Shown: positions 10,635 to 22,504, counted from the stretch's first letter. The stretch is 62,931 bases of DNA from Limnohabitans sp. (GCA_030729445.1 JANQXJ010000187.1:1-62931); one strand, 5' to 3'. A program made the numbers and translations. Notes: generated by a model from the letters alone, not told the origin.

Positions 10635-11723
10635 TCAGGTGTCTTTGCTGACCTTGATGGTCGGGAACTTGCTGGAAAAATCCTTGGCCTTGGCCGCGAT
10701 CTTGACAGCGACCTGTCGGGCCACCGCCTTGTAGATCTGGGCCACCTCACCATCGGGTTCATGAACCACTGTGGGTTTGCCACTGTCTGCTTGCAAGCGA
10801 ATCTGCATGTCCAGAGGCAACGCGCCCAGGTAGTCCATGCCGTACTCGGCGGCCATTTTCTTGCCGCCGTCGGCGCCAAAGATGTGCTCCACATGGCCGC
10901 AATTCGTGCACACATGCACCGCCATGTTTTCCACCAGGCCCAAAATCGGCACGCCCACTTTTTCGAACATCTTCACGCCTTTTTTGGCGTCCAAGAGGGC
11001 AATGTCCTGCGGGGTGGTCACAATCACCGCGCCCGTCATGGGCACGCGCTGGCTCAGCGTCAACTGGATATCGCCCGTGCCGGGTGGCATGTCCACAATC
11101 AAATAATCCAGCTCTTTCCAGTTGGTCTGGCGCAGCAGTTGCTCCAGCGCCTGGGTGGCCATGGGACCACGCCAGATCATGGCGTCGTCGGGGTTGACGA
11201 GAAAACCGATCGACATGACTTGCACGCCATAGTTTTCCATGGGCTCCATGGTCTGGCCGTCTTCGCTCTCGGGGCGGCCTTCAATGCCCATCATCATGGG
11301 CTGGCTGGGGCCGTAAATGTCAGCGTCCAGCAGGCCCACCTTGGCACCTTCGGCGGCCAGGGCCAGCGCCAGGTTAACGGCGGTGGTGCTTTTGCCCACG
11401 CCGCCCTTGCCAGAGGCCACAGCCACGATATTTTTGACCTGCGGCAGCAGGGCCACGCCGCGCTGGGCAGCGTGAGCGGTGATCTTGCTGGTGACATTGG
11501 CCGACACGTTGGCCACGCCCGCCACGCCCTTGGCTGCAGCGATCAATGCTTGGCGCAGGGCCGGGATCTGGCTCTTGGCCGGGTAGCCCAGCTCAACATC
11601 AAATGACACATCGACGCCATCGACTTGCAGATTCTTCAAAGTTTTGGTGGATACAAAATCTTTACCCGTGTTCGGATCAATCACGTTTTGCAGGGCTTGA
11701 AGCAATTGTTCTTGGCTAACCAT
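10635..11723 (-). CDS. apbC: Iron-sulfur cluster carrier protein ApbC (Mrp/NBP35)
   Basis: SGKGGVGKST, DADIYGPS, WRGPM, DMPPGTGD, CTNC. Confidence 0.95.
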   Translation of the reverse strand: MVSQEQLLQALQNVIDPNTGKDFVSTKTLKNLQVDGVDVSFDVELGYPAKSQIPALRQALIAAAKGVAGVANVSANVTSKITAHAAQRGVALLPQVKNIVAVASGKGGVGKSTTAVNLALALAAEGAKVGLLDADIYGPSQPMMMGIEGRPESEDGQTMEPMENYGVQVMSIGFLVNPDDAMIWRGPMATQALEQLLRQTNWKELDYLIVDMPPGTGDIQLTLSQRVPMTGAVIVTTPQDIALLDAKKGVKMFEKVGVPILGLVENMAVHVCTNCGHVEHIFGADGGKKMAAEYGMDYLGALPLDMQIRLQADSGKPTVVHEPDGEVAQIYKAVARQVAVKIAAKAKDFSSKFPTIKVSKDT

Positions 11724-11816
11724 CTGAATTCATCCACTTAAAAATATTCTCTTAGTCTAACCAAGCGCGGGTGTCCCCTGATTTTCAATGGTTGAAACGC
11801 CGATAGGATGGACCCG

Positions 11817-12998
11817 ATGAGCAACTCAACTGGATTGATACTTTCAGGCGGTGGCGCACGAGCGGCCTACCAAGTGGGTGTACTGGCTGCCATCACACGC
11901 ATGCGACGCGCAGCTGGTCAGTCACAAGAGAACCCGTTTCCGGTCATCTCTGGGACTTCGGCAGGGGCCATCAATGCCGCTTTTTTGGCCTGCAATGCCG
12001 ACCGTTTTGACCAAGCGGTCGATGACCTGGTCCAAGTTTGGAGCCACTTTCGAGTTGAGCAAGTTTACCGATCGGATGTCTTGGGCATGGTCCGTTCCGG
12101 AGCGCGTTGGCTGTCCTTGTTGTCACTGGGTTGGTTGATCACTCAAAAACGCTTAAGACCCAAATCGCTGCTCAACAATGACCCCTTGCTCAATTTGCTC
12201 AAAGAACGCATTGATTTGCATCGCTTGCCAAGCTTGCTGGAGGAGGGGCATTTGCAAGCACTGGCCATCACCGCCTCCAGTTACAGCACGGGTGAGCATG
12301 TGACTTTTTATGAAAGTTGCCGCACCGTGACCCCTTGGGTTCGCAACCAGCGTCTCGCTCAGCAGGGGCGTCTGACGCACCTGCATTTGCTCGCCAGCTC
12401 AGCGATTCCTTTCATTTTCCCCGCCATGCGGCTCCACGGGCCCCAAGGTGAAGCCTATTTCGGGGATGGTTCGATGCGACAGACCGCACCCATTTCTCCA
12501 GCCATTCATTTGGGTGCCAGCAAGATCTTGGTCATAGGTGCAGGCCGCATGTTGGAGCCTCGTCACACATCGACCGAAGAACCAACTTACCCCTCACTGG
12601 CCCACATCGCAGGCCACGCCCTCTCCAGCATCTTTTTGGATGCCCTGGCTGTGGACGTCGAACGCATGCAAAGAATCAACCAGACCTTGCAGCTGATCCC
12701 ACCCGAAAAACGCCTAGACACCCACTTGCGACCGGTTGATTTGCTGCTGATTGCCCCGTCGCAAAGGCTGGACGTGATCGCGGCGCGACATGCAGACGCA
12801 TTGCCTCCAACAGTCAAAAGTCTGCTGCGAACCCTTGGGGCAAACCAGACCTCGTTTCATGGACAGGGCAATGCCCTGCTGAGTTACTTGCTGTTTGAAG
12901 CGGCCTACACGAAAGAGCTGATCGAACTGGGGCAGGCAGATGCTGAGAGGCAACGTGAGGACATTGGCCGATTCTTTGGTTGGCCAACCAAGACCTGA
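11817..12998 (+). CDS. Patatin-like phospholipase family protein
   Basis: [24 protein letters not shown]; start could be 11808. Confidence 0.88.
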   Translation: MSNSTGLILSGGGARAAYQVGVLAAITRMRRAAGQSQENPFPVISGTSAGAINAAFLACNADRFDQAVDDLVQVWSHFRVEQVYRSDVLGMVRSGARWLSLLSLGWLITQKRLRPKSLLNNDPLLNLLKERIDLHRLPSLLEEGHLQALAITASSYSTGEHVTFYESCRTVTPWVRNQRLAQQGRLTHLHLLASSAIPFIFPAMRLHGPQGEAYFGDGSMRQTAPISPAIHLGASKILVIGAGRMLEPRHTSTEEPTYPSLAHIAGHALSSIFLDALAVDVERMQRINQTLQLIPPEKRLDTHLRPVDLLLIAPSQRLDVIAARHADALPPTVKSLLRTLGANQTSFHGQGNALLSYLLFEAAYTKELIELGQADAERQREDIGRFFGWPTKT

Positions 12999-13090
12999 AC
13001 CCCAAGAGACCACAGACTGATCAGCAGGACTGCAAGTGCATAAAGACTAAAATCAAACGCTTGCCTTTCAGCTTATCCGCCCATTCAGAC

Positions 13091-15172
13091 ATGTCCAAGC
13101 GCCAACTCTTCGTCACCACCGCCCTGCCGTACGCCAATGGCAATTTCCACATCGGCCACATCATGGAATACATCCAGGCCGACATCTGGGTGCGGTTCCA
13201 GCGCATGCAGGGCCACCAGGTCGACTTTGTGGGCGCCGACGACACCCACGGCGCGCCCATCATGATCGCGGCTGAGAAGGCCGGCAAAACGCCCCAACAG
13301 TTCGTGGCCGACATCGCCGCGGGCCGCAAACCCTATTTGGACGGCTTTCACATCCAGTTCGACAACTGGCACAGCACCGACGCGCCCGAGAACCACGAGC
13401 TGGCCCGCCAGATTTACCGCGACCTGCGCGACATCAGCGCGGCCGATGGCGGCTCGCTGATCGAGGTGCGCTCGGTCGAGCAGTTCTTTGACCCGCAAAA
13501 GAACATGTTCTTGCCCGACCGCTTCATCAAAGGCGAGTGCCCCAAGTGCCACGCCAAAGACCAGTACGGCGACAACTGCGAGAGCTGCGGCGCGGTCTAC
13601 GCGCCCACCGACCTGATCAACCCCTTCTCAGCCCTGTCGGGTGCCAAGCCCGAGCTCAAAACCTCGGAACACTTTTTCTTCAAGCTCTCCGACCCGCGCT
13701 GCGTCGAGTTTTTGAGCCAATGGACCCAAGACGGCAAGCTGCAGCCCGAGGTGGCCAACAAGGTCAAAGAGTGGTTTTCGGTGCGCACCAACCCCGACGG
13801 CACGACCAGCGAAGGTCTGGGCGACTGGGACATCTCGCGCGACGCGCCCTACTTCGGCATCGAAATCCCCGATGCGCCCGGCAAGTACTTTTATGTGTGG
13901 CTGGACGCGCCCGTGGGCTACTTGGCCTCGCTCAAAAACCTGCTGGGCAAGCGCGGCGAAAGTTACGACGCCTACATGGCCAACCCCGCGCTGGAGCAAT
14001 ACCACTTCATCGGCAAAGACATCGTCACCTTCCACACGCTGTTCTGGCCGGCCATGCTGCATTTCTCGGGCCGCAAAACCCCCAACAGCGTGTTCGTGCA
14101 CGGCTTCTTGACGGTGAACAACGGCGAGAAGATGAGCAAGAGCCGCGGCACGGGCCTGGACCCGCTCAAGTACCTGAGCCTGGGCATGAACCCCGAGTGG
14201 CTGCGCTACTACCTGGCGGCCAAACTCTCGGCCCGCAACGAAGACATCGACTTCAACGCCGAAGACTTCATGGCGCGGGTCAACAGCGATTTGATCGGCA
14301 AGTTCGTCAACATTGCTTCGCGCTCGGCCGGTTTCATCGCCAAGCGCTTTGGCGGCCAACTCGGCCCCGTCAGCGCCGACGGCCAAGCCCTGCTCTCGGC
14401 CTTGCAAGCCGCCACGCCGAGCATCGCCGCGTTTTACGACCAGCGCGAATACGCCAAAGCCCTGCGCGAGATCATGCTGCTGACCGACAAGGTCAACAGC
14501 TATGTGGACCAAAACAAACCGTGGGACTTGGCGAAACAAGAAGGCCAAGGCGTCCGCTTGCACGACGTGTGCACCACCTGCATCGAAGCCTTCCGCTTGC
14601 TCAGCCTGCAACTCAAACCCGTGCTGCCGGCCTTGGCGGCGCAGGTCGAGGCCTTCTTGAACGTGGCGCCCTTCACCTTTGCCCAAGCACAACAGCTGCT
14701 GGGCGCGGGCCACACCATCAACGCCTACCAACACCTGATGCAGCGCGTCACCCCCGAGCAACTCGACGCTTTGTTCGAGCCGCCTGCGGTGGTGGAAGAA
14801 AAAGTCACGCCCGGTGGCGAAGACATCGCCCCCACCATCAGCATCGACGACTTCGCCAAGGTGGACCTGCGCATCGCCGAGATCGTCAACTGCGAAGCGG
14901 TGGAAGGCTCGACCAAATTGCTGCGCCTCACGCTCGACGTGGGCGAAGGCAAAACACGCAACGTGTTCTCGGGTGTGGCCAGCATGTACAAGCCCGAAGA
15001 CCTCAAAGGCAAGCTCACCGTGATGGTGGCCAACTTGGCACCGCGCAAGATGAAGTTCGGCGTGTCCGAGGGCATGGTGCTGGCCGCCAGCCACGCCGAC
15101 GACAAGGAGGATGCGGGCATTTACGTGCTGCACCCTTGGCCCGGCGCCAAGCCCGGCATGCGCATCCACTGA
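13091..15172 (+). CDS. metG: Methionine--tRNA ligase
   Basis: [28 protein letters not shown] knuckle, C-terminal tRNA-binding domain ([15 protein letters not shown]). Confidence 0.97.
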   Translation: MSKRQLFVTTALPYANGNFHIGHIMEYIQADIWVRFQRMQGHQVDFVGADDTHGAPIMIAAEKAGKTPQQFVADIAAGRKPYLDGFHIQFDNWHSTDAPENHELARQIYRDLRDISAADGGSLIEVRSVEQFFDPQKNMFLPDRFIKGECPKCHAKDQYGDNCESCGAVYAPTDLINPFSALSGAKPELKTSEHFFFKLSDPRCVEFLSQWTQDGKLQPEVANKVKEWFSVRTNPDGTTSEGLGDWDISRDAPYFGIEIPDAPGKYFYVWLDAPVGYLASLKNLLGKRGESYDAYMANPALEQYHFIGKDIVTFHTLFWPAMLHFSGRKTPNSVFVHGFLTVNNGEKMSKSRGTGLDPLKYLSLGMNPEWLRYYLAAKLSARNEDIDFNAEDFMARVNSDLIGKFVNIASRSAGFIAKRFGGQLGPVSADGQALLSALQAATPSIAAFYDQREYAKALREIMLLTDKVNSYVDQNKPWDLAKQEGQGVRLHDVCTTCIEAFRLLSLQLKPVLPALAAQVEAFLNVAPFTFAQAQQLLGAGHTINAYQHLMQRVTPEQLDALFEPPAVVEEKVTPGGEDIAPTISIDDFAKVDLRIAEIVNCEAVEGSTKLLRLTLDVGEGKTRNVFSGVASMYKPEDLKGKLTVMVANLAPRKMKFGVSEGMVLAASHADDKEDAGIYVLHPWPGAKPGMRIH

Positions 15173-15294
15173 CCCGATGGACCGCTGCACATGAGCTCCC
15201 TTCAAACCAAGGAACGCCTGTGCAGCCAAGCCCCTTGGGCCGGGTGTGAGGGCTTGCCGCATAATTTGGCGATAAGAAGTAACACGAGACGCCC

Positions 15295-16974
15295 ATGAAC
15301 TGGATGCAGGCCACGCATTTTTTTCGCCCCCGTTTGCTTGACAGCCTGCACGGCTACAACCGTGAACGCTTCTCCCAAGACGTGGGCGCAGGCCTCACCG
15401 TAGGGGTGGTGGCACTGCCGCTGGCCATGGCCTTTGCCATCGCTTCCGGGCTCAAGCCCGAGGCGGGGCTCTTCACCGCCATCATTGCCGGCTTTCTGAT
15501 CTCGGCGCTGGGCGGCAGCCGGGTGCAAATCGGCGGGCCAGCCGGGGCCTTCATCGTGATCGTTTACGGCATCGTCGAGCGCTATGGCCTGGCCAACCTG
15601 ATCTTGGCCACCGCCATGTCGGGTGTGCTGCTGTTTTTGATGGGCTTGTTCCGCTTGGGCACGCTGATCCGCTTCATCCCGGTGGCGGTGGTAGTTGGTT
15701 TCACCAACGGCATTGCGGTGCTGATCATGTTGTCGCAAATCAAGGATTTTTTAGGCCTGAAAGTGGCTGCCATGCCGGCCGATTTCTTTGGCATCCTGAA
15801 CACCCTGTGGCTGAACCTGCACACGGCCAACCTGGCCGCCTTGCTGCTGGCATTGGCGTCCTTGTCTTTGGTGGTGGGTTGGTTGCGCATGAGCCACCGC
15901 CTGACGGACACCCGGTACCGCTGGGCCAGCATGGTCCCAGGCTCCATCGTGGCGCTGGTGTTTGCCACCTTGGTCACCTGGCTGCTGAACCTGCCCGTGG
16001 AGACGATTGGCAGCAAATTTGGCGGTATCCCCTCGTCCATGCCCGGCTTTGCCTGGCCGGAGTTCAGCTGGGACAGCGCCCGCTTTTTGCTCATGCCGAC
16101 CTTGACCTTGACGCTCTTGGGGGCGATTGAATCGCTGCTGTGCGCCCGCATTGCCGACGGCATGATCGGCGACCGCCACAACCCCAACCAGGAGCTCATG
16201 GCCCAAGGCGTGGCCAACTTCGTCACGCCGTTTTTTGGTGGCATGCCCGCCACCGGCACCATTGCCCGCACCGTGACCAACATCAAAAGCGGCGGCACCA
16301 CCCCGATTTCGGGCATGGTGCATGCACTGACCTTGCTGGTCGTGGTGTTGGTAGCCGCCCCCCTGGCGGGGCACATTCCGCTGGCGGCGCTGGCGGCAAT
16401 CTTGATGTTTGTCGCCTGGAACATGGGTGAATGGCGTGAATTCATGCAGCTGCGCCAGTACCGCATGCCCTACCGCATCACCTTGTTGGCGGTGTTTTTC
16501 CTCACGGTGGTGTTTGACCTGACAGTGGCGGTCGAAGTCGGCCTGATCGCCGCCTGCCTGACTTTCATTTATCGCATCTCGAGCTTGAGTCGCTGCGAGA
16601 GCGTGACGCGCGTCGAGCAGCCGGGCTTGGCCGGTTTCGAGCACCGGGTGCAGGCTTGGCGTCTTTACGGGGCGCTGTTTTTCGGGGCCGTCAAGCTGGT
16701 CGAGGCCATCGAGGACAAAATCAGCACCCCCACGCTGGTGCTGGACTTGAAAAACGTGATCTACATCGACTCCTCAGGCGCGGACGCGTTGATGAACCTG
16801 ATCGAGACCTGCCGCAAGAAGCAGGTTCAGCTCATTGTGTGCGGCCTGACGCACCAGCCACTCGACATGGCCCAGCGCAGCGGCCTGCTGGAGCACGTCA
16901 AAGACCACCTGCAGCCCGACCTGAGCAGCAGCTTGGCCTTGGCCGTCAGCTTGAGCGCAGAGCCGGCCCGGTAA
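15295..16974 (+). CDS. SulP family anion transporter with STAS domain
   Basis: AGLTVGVVALPLAMAFAIASG, QIGGPAGA, NQELMAQG, LYGALFFGA...YIDSSG. Confidence 0.92.
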   Translation: MNWMQATHFFRPRLLDSLHGYNRERFSQDVGAGLTVGVVALPLAMAFAIASGLKPEAGLFTAIIAGFLISALGGSRVQIGGPAGAFIVIVYGIVERYGLANLILATAMSGVLLFLMGLFRLGTLIRFIPVAVVVGFTNGIAVLIMLSQIKDFLGLKVAAMPADFFGILNTLWLNLHTANLAALLLALASLSLVVGWLRMSHRLTDTRYRWASMVPGSIVALVFATLVTWLLNLPVETIGSKFGGIPSSMPGFAWPEFSWDSARFLLMPTLTLTLLGAIESLLCARIADGMIGDRHNPNQELMAQGVANFVTPFFGGMPATGTIARTVTNIKSGGTTPISGMVHALTLLVVVLVAAPLAGHIPLAALAAILMFVAWNMGEWREFMQLRQYRMPYRITLLAVFFLTVVFDLTVAVEVGLIAACLTFIYRISSLSRCESVTRVEQPGLAGFEHRVQAWRLYGALFFGAVKLVEAIEDKISTPTLVLDLKNVIYIDSSGADALMNLIETCRKKQVQLIVCGLTHQPLDMAQRSGLLEHVKDHLQPDLSSSLALAVSLSAEPAR

Positions 16975-17053
16975 AATGGCCAGATTCAGGTTTTGGGAGG
17001 CTTCTGGGGCCACCAAAACCCTTTTGTTTTTGCCTTTGTACAGATTGCCCGCC

Positions 17054-17257
17054 ATGTCTTTTTTTCGCCGCCCTGATTACAGCTCTGACACCTCCCAGTT
17101 CATCGACCAGCTCAAGGCCCAGCGCCCCGAGCTCGAAGCCGAGCAGCGCCAAGGCCGTGGCCTGCTGTGGGACAAGCCAATCGACCGCGATATTCAGGCC
17201 GAATTCAAACAAGGCCGAGTGGCGCAAAAACCCTACGTGTACCAGACCAAGGCCTGA
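17054..17257 (+). CDS. DUF3460 family small protein
   Basis: YSSDTSQFIDQLK...QRQGRGLLWDK...VAQKPYVYQ; family commonly found before scpA in Burkholderiales. Confidence 0.75.
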   Translation: MSFFRRPDYSSDTSQFIDQLKAQRPELEAEQRQGRGLLWDKPIDRDIQAEFKQGRVAQKPYVYQTKA

Positions 17258-17312
17258 GCCTCATTGAGTCCGCACCCCTTTTGCCGAGCTTTTTTTCAGG
17301 CCCCACCGCACC

Positions 17313-18167
17313 GTGAGCAACGACACCGTCCCATCCCTGCAGTTGGCCGAAGACACGCTCGGTGCGGCCATGCCTGCAGTGATCGACCAAGTGGCCTTGG
17401 CGCGTTTGTATGGCGAGCCGCTGTTTGCCATGCCCAGCGACCTCTACATCCCGCCGGATGCGCTGGAGGTGTTTCTGGAGGCCTTCGAAGGCCCCCTGGA
17501 CTTGCTGCTGTATTTGATCCGTAAGCAGAACTTCAACATCCTCGACATCCCGATGGCGGGCGTGACACGCCAGTACCTGAGCTATGTCGAAGAGATCCGC
17601 CAGCGCAACCTGGAGCTGGCCGCCGAATACCTGCTCATGGCGGCCATGCTCATCGAAATCAAGTCGCGCATGCTGCTGCCCCCCAAAAAAGTGGCAGAGG
17701 GCGAAGAAGCCGAAGACCCGCGTGCTGAATTGGTGCGTCGCCTGCTCGAATACGAGCAGATGAAACTGGCTTCAATGCAGCTGAACGTGATCCCGCAATA
17801 CGGCCGCGATTTTTTGCAGGCCCAGGTGTTCATCGAGCAAAGTCTGCAACCGCGCTTTCCAGACGTCAGCATGGACGAGCTGCAATTGGCTTGGCGCGAC
17901 ATCCTCAAACGCGCCAACCTGGTGCAGCACCACAAGATCAGCCGAGAAGAACTCAGCGTGCGCGAGCACATGAGCATCGTGCTCAAGCACCTGCAAGGGC
18001 GCAAGTTTGTGGAGTTTGAACACCTGTTCGATCCCAGTCTGGGTGTACCGGTGCTGGTGGTCACCTTCATCGCCTTGCTGGAGCTGGCCAAGGAAACCCT
18101 GATCGAGATCACCCAGGCCGAGGCCTTCGCGCCCATTTACGTGCGCCTGGCCTACACCCCCAACTGA
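17313..18167 (+). CDS. scpA: Segregation and condensation protein A
   Basis: FEGPLDLLLYLIRK, AEYLLMAAMLIEIKSRMLLP, DPRAELVRRLLEYE, TFIALLEL. Confidence 0.93.
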   Translation: MSNDTVPSLQLAEDTLGAAMPAVIDQVALARLYGEPLFAMPSDLYIPPDALEVFLEAFEGPLDLLLYLIRKQNFNILDIPMAGVTRQYLSYVEEIRQRNLELAAEYLLMAAMLIEIKSRMLLPPKKVAEGEEAEDPRAELVRRLLEYEQMKLASMQLNVIPQYGRDFLQAQVFIEQSLQPRFPDVSMDELQLAWRDILKRANLVQHHKISREELSVREHMSIVLKHLQGRKFVEFEHLFDPSLGVPVLVVTFIALLELAKETLIEITQAEAFAPIYVRLAYTPN

Positions 18168-18177
18168 TCGCAGGCCA

Positions 18178-18756
18178 TCAATGGCTGCGCCCGCTGCGGA
18201 ACATGCCGTGGGTTTTGCGGCTGAGCACGCCTTGCGCGGCCAGCTTGTTCATCGAGGGGCTGGCGTGGGCGTGGGTGATGGCCATGCCCAAAGCATCGGC
18301 CGCGTCTTGCCTTGGCAACACCGGCAATTGCAGCAAGCGCTTGACCATTTCTTGGATCTGCGATTTGGCGGCGCGGCCGTGCCCGGTGACCGATTGCTTC
18401 ATTTGCAAAGCGGTGTATTCGGCCACGGGCAAGTCGCACGACACCAAGGCCGTGACCGCACAGCCCCGGGCTTGGCCCAGCAGCAAGGTCGCTTGGGGGT
18501 TGACGTTGACAAACACGATCTCGACTGCCGCCACATCGGGCTGGTAACGCGCGGTGATTTCACGCACACCGTCGTAGATGATTTTCAGCCGGGCAGGCAG
18601 GTTGCCCATCTCACCGCGTGTGGTCTCGATCACGCCGCTGGCCACGTACTGCAGGCGCGAACCGGTGATGTCGATCACACCAAAACCCGTGGTTTGCAAA
18701 CCCGGATCAATCCCTAAGATGCGGATGCTGGCGGGCGCCGGGGTGCTCAGGCTCAT
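18178..18756 (-). CDS. ruvC: Holliday junction resolvase RuvC
   Basis: [34 protein letters not shown]. Confidence 0.95.
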   Translation of the reverse strand: MSLSTPAPASIRILGIDPGLQTTGFGVIDITGSRLQYVASGVIETTRGEMGNLPARLKIIYDGVREITARYQPDVAAVEIVFVNVNPQATLLLGQARGCAVTALVSCDLPVAEYTALQMKQSVTGHGRAAKSQIQEMVKRLLQLPVLPRQDAADALGMAITHAHASPSMNKLAAQGVLSRKTHGMFRSGRSH

Positions 18757-19487
18757 GGCAACACCACGTCGTTCATGCGGGCCATGATGGTCTCGGCTCG
18801 CCGCGTGAGGTAAACCGATTGCGGCAGCTTTTCAAAATAACGTGGACGCGGCAACATGACCGCCAGCCGAGAAGCCTCCCAAGCATTCAGACGCGCGGCG
18901 TTTTTGCGAAAGTAATGCTGCGCTGCAGCCTCGGCACCGAACACGCCCTCACCCCACTCCACACTGTTGAGGTAGATCTCCAAAATCCGCTCCTTGCTGA
19001 GCAAGGCCTCCAACGCCAGTGCCAGCACCATCTCTTGCCCCTTGCGCACCAAAGTGCGCTCGCCCGATAAAAACAGGTTTTTGGCCAGTTGCTGGGTGAT
19101 GGTCGAGCCGCCGACAATTTTGACGTCCACCGGCTTGTCCGGCTGGCGTTGGGCGCGTTTTTCGGCTTGGGCTTTGGCCCGGGCATTTTTTTCCCAGGCT
19201 TTTTCGAGCGACTGCCACCAGATGCCGTGGTGCTGCGTGAAGGCACCATCCTCCGAAGCAATCACAGCACGTTGCAAACTCAAGGACATGGCATTGAGTT
19301 TGACCGACGCCTGACGCCACGGCAATTGACCCTGCTGTTTCAGAATTTGCCAGGCCTGCGAGCGCTGGAAGCTGGTGGACTCGGGCGCGATCCAGTTCAT
19401 GGCCAGGATACGCACAGCAAAAAACAGCTGGAGCCCCAGACCCGCCAAAACCAACAGCATCAACCAGCGTCCCAATGCACGCATCAT
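18753..19487 (-). CDS. mtgA: Monofunctional peptidoglycan transglycosylase
   Basis: [38 protein letters not shown]; start approximate (19487 or 19484). Confidence 0.92.
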   Translation of the reverse strand: MMRALGRWLMLLVLAGLGLQLFFAVRILAMNWIAPESTSFQRSQAWQILKQQGQLPWRQASVKLNAMSLSLQRAVIASEDGAFTQHHGIWWQSLEKAWEKNARAKAQAEKRAQRQPDKPVDVKIVGGSTITQQLAKNLFLSGERTLVRKGQEMVLALALEALLSKERILEIYLNSVEWGEGVFGAEAAAQHYFRKNAARLNAWEASRLAVMLPRPRYFEKLPQSVYLTRRAETIMARMNDVVLP

Positions 19488-19521
19488 GCACAGCCCTTGA
19501 TTGGGTCCGCGTTGGCGTTGT

Positions 19522-20451
19522 TCACGGCTTGCCGGGCTCAGAAGCCAACATGCGGGTGGCCAATGTGTCATCCCGCGAGAAGTTGAAGCGTGTCACCACC
19601 ACAATTTGATCGGCCTGGGCCCGCATTTTTCGGTTGAAATTGCCAAACGGCGCGGCATTGCGCACGATGGCCACTGCTCGCTCGTCGAGCAAGGGCTTGC
19701 CCGATGAGCGAGCCACCTCGGTGCTGAGCAACTGTCCCTGATGGTCCACGGTGATCACCATGGTCAGTTGTCCGTAGAGTTTTTCACCCGCCGCCTCCGG
19801 GAAGTTCAAGGTGCCTTGGTACTCAATGGTGCGGCGCATTTTGTCGTAGTACATCGCATACACCACCTCTTGGGTAGCAGGGCTGATGTAACGCTTGCGG
19901 GCTGCCCCCTGGGTTTGGTCCACGCGTTGCTCGATTTGCGCCAACTGGCGGGCCAGTTGCTGCTGCCTCTGCACCTTGGACTGGCGGTCGGGGCTATCGG
20001 TTTTGTCGCCTGCATTTTCCCGGGTGAGTACAGCCAGCTCATCTTTGAGCTGCGTCAGCAGACGCATTTGCTGCATTTTGAGCACTTCGATCTTTTTCTG
20101 GACTGCGCTGATGTCCATGCCCGGGTCAGCGTTCATCACCGGCGACAAGGGCGAGCTCGAGATGCGCACTTCAGGTACTTCACCGCCACCGGCCAGACGG
20201 ACCTGAGCCAGTGCTTGGGCTTCCTGGGGATTCTCCCGGCTGCGTGCGTTGACCAGAATCACCTCCAACGGCGTATCCTGAAAGACCCGGTTGAAGGTTT
20301 CGGGTGCTGCAAACCGAAAAGTCACCAAACCTGCATGCACAGCCACGGACAAGCCCAAGGCCCAGATCAAACCCCGGTGCGGCGAAGGCTTCAATCGCCC
20401 CGCTCTGGGGCTGACCACTTGGTCGGGCTGTGGCTGGATCTCAGGGCGCAT
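19522..20451 (-). CDS. TonB C-terminal domain (energy transducer TonB family) protein
   Basis: N-terminal TM with SVAVH motif; C-terminal RSSGKPLLDERAVAIVRNAAPF. Confidence 0.8.
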   Translation of the reverse strand: MRPEIQPQPDQVVSPRAGRLKPSPHRGLIWALGLSVAVHAGLVTFRFAAPETFNRVFQDTPLEVILVNARSRENPQEAQALAQVRLAGGGEVPEVRISSSPLSPVMNADPGMDISAVQKKIEVLKMQQMRLLTQLKDELAVLTRENAGDKTDSPDRQSKVQRQQQLARQLAQIEQRVDQTQGAARKRYISPATQEVVYAMYYDKMRRTIEYQGTLNFPEAAGEKLYGQLTMVITVDHQGQLLSTEVARSSGKPLLDERAVAIVRNAAPFGNFNRKMRAQADQIVVVTRFNFSRDDTLATRMLASEPGKP

Positions 20452-22504
20452 TGGGGGGGGTGTTGTCGTTCAGATCCACGGCAATGGTCACGGGGCCTGC
20501 AGGCAAGTTGTCCTCGTCCTCGGTCTCCTGCTCCGCCTCTTCGGCACCCGTGCCCTGGCCTTCGGCATCCAGGTGTGCCATCACGGTGCCACGCACATCC
20601 AGAGCCATCAGGTCCACATCGGCCAGCTTGACACGCACACGTGCGCCACGGGGCAAGTTGTTGGCCCCCATCACGCCAAACATCAGTGGCAAGGACTCCG
20701 CACGCACCAGCCAAGAGCCGCCACCCATTTCCTTGACCAAGCTGGCGTCCAGCTCCTCAATGCCGTCCTGCTGCACGTGACGCAGCGTCCAATAACGCTC
20801 CATGCTCGATTGCACGCCGTTGTAGGCACTGTAGGCGGCATCAAAACCGCTGATGATGGAAAACAGCTCGGCGTCTTTGGGCTTGAAGGGCGCGGCCAAT
20901 GCGGCCGTGGCGCCATGCTGGGCGCAGGCGATGATTTGCCACTGGTTGACCAAATCGGTGTAGCGGCGCAGCGGTGAGGTGCTCCAGGCGTAGCTGGGCA
21001 CGCCAATGCCCGCGTGTGGCAACGCTTTGGTGCCCATGCGCACCTTCACACCGGGCGCCAGACTGGCTTGGCTGCGGTAAATACCGGGCACACCCAGCTG
21101 GGCCATCCACTGGCCCCAGGTGCTGTTGGCCAAAATCATGGCCTCGGCCACCATCAAATCGAGCGGTGCTCCGCGCTGGCGGGTGCCAATCACCACGGTC
21201 TCGTCGCCCGTGGGCGGCGTGTCGTTGTGGTCCCGCTCGAGCTTGAAGCTGTAGTCCGGGCGGTTGAAGTTTTCGGGCTTGCCGCGCACCACCTCCCGCC
21301 GCGCCTTGAGGGTTTGCGCCAGACGCCAGAAAAATGCCAGAGTGTTGCGGCTCACGGGCACATCGGCGTGGTCGCTCTGGTCCTCGCCCTCCAGCCATTC
21401 GCGGGTGATGCGGTCATCGAGCTGGTCGTGGCGCAGGTTGACCAAAATCGGCACGCGTTCGAGCCGGGTCACGCTGCTTTGCACCTCCAGGGAGTCTTCG
21501 CTGAAAGTGACGTACAGCGACACCGCCGGGCAGTCACGCCCCTCAATCAAGGTATAGGCCTGCACCACGCTGTCGGGCAGCATGGTGATTTTGTAGCCCG
21601 GCATGTAAACAGTGGACAGGCGTGCGCGGCCAAGCTGGTCAATCGGGCTGCCGGGCTGCAGCGCCAAGCCGGGCGCGGCAATGTGGATACCCACCGTGAC
21701 CAGCCCCGTGCCCAGGCCCTGCAAAGACAGGGCGTCGTCGATTTCTGTGGTGTGCGAGTCGTCAATGGAGAAAGCCTGCACATCAGCGAGTGGCAAGTCG
21801 TCGGTGATGGCCGGGGCTTGCAAGGGAGGAAAGCCCGTGCCCTTGGGGAACAGGTCAAACAGGAAACGCTGCCAATGGAAATCCCAGGCCGAGGCGATGG
21901 CCCCCGCCTTTTGCAGCAAGTCCAAAGGCGCGGTCTGGCTGCTTTTGCTGGCCTCGACCACGGCTTTGTATTCGGGTGTGTTCTTGTCGGGTCGAAACAG
22001 GATTTTGTAGAGCTGCTCTCGGATTGGCTCGGGGCAAGTGCCCGCGATCAGATCGGCCGACCAGGCTTCGATCTGGGCCTGAACCTGCTTTTTCTTCTCA
22101 ATCGCGAGCAAAGCCTGTTGCACGATCTCGGCTGGCGCTTTGCGAAAACGCCCCTTGGCACCACCTCGGCGGAAATAGTGCGGCGCTTCGTGCAGGCGCA
22201 GCAAAGCAGCGACTTGTTCGGTGGTGCTGGCGCTGGCGCTGAAGTAGTCTTTGGCCAGGTCGCCAAAGCCAAACTCTTCCTCCGGGGCACACTCGTAGGC
22301 CAGCTCCAACTCGATGGTTTGGCTCAAGGCGGTGGCATCACTGAGCAAAACGGCTGGGGCCGGTTTGTCGAACTTGATCAGCATGTGGGCCGACTTGACT
22401 TTGACCCGTTTACCGGAGTCGAGTTCGACCTGCGCAGAGGCCTCGGCTTCGGACATGATCCGACCGGTCATGAATTTGCCGGCATCTTCAAAAAATACAT
22501 ACAT
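20441..22504 (-). CDS. RNB-domain exoribonuclease (RNase II family)
   Basis: SIDDSHTTEIDDA, EAMILAN, STSPLRRYTDL; start MYVFFEDAGK. Confidence 0.9.
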   Translation of the reverse strand: MYVFFEDAGKFMTGRIMSEAEASAQVELDSGKRVKVKSAHMLIKFDKPAPAVLLSDATALSQTIELELAYECAPEEEFGFGDLAKDYFSASASTTEQVAALLRLHEAPHYFRRGGAKGRFRKAPAEIVQQALLAIEKKKQVQAQIEAWSADLIAGTCPEPIREQLYKILFRPDKNTPEYKAVVEASKSSQTAPLDLLQKAGAIASAWDFHWQRFLFDLFPKGTGFPPLQAPAITDDLPLADVQAFSIDDSHTTEIDDALSLQGLGTGLVTVGIHIAAPGLALQPGSPIDQLGRARLSTVYMPGYKITMLPDSVVQAYTLIEGRDCPAVSLYVTFSEDSLEVQSSVTRLERVPILVNLRHDQLDDRITREWLEGEDQSDHADVPVSRNTLAFFWRLAQTLKARREVVRGKPENFNRPDYSFKLERDHNDTPPTGDETVVIGTRQRGAPLDLMVAEAMILANSTWGQWMAQLGVPGIYRSQASLAPGVKVRMGTKALPHAGIGVPSYAWSTSPLRRYTDLVNQWQIIACAQHGATAALAAPFKPKDAELFSIISGFDAAYSAYNGVQSSMERYWTLRHVQQDGIEELDASLVKEMGGGSWLVRAESLPLMFGVMGANNLPRGARVRVKLADVDLMALDVRGTVMAHLDAEGQGTGAEEAEQETEDEDNLPAGPVTIAVDLNDNTPPNAP

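Noticed and set aside
11817-12998. Patatin as a CBASS or other anti-phage effector
   Set aside because: No nucleotidyltransferase or other defence gene adjacent; flanked by housekeeping apbC and metG.
13537-15249. 570-aa alternative-frame ORF inside metG
   Set aside because: Arg/Pro/Gly-rich translation typical of off-frame reading of high-GC3 codons; metG is intact, so no frameshift is needed.
17313-18167. scpA without an adjacent scpB
   Set aside because: The two genes are commonly unlinked in betaproteobacteria; absence from this window is not evidence of loss.
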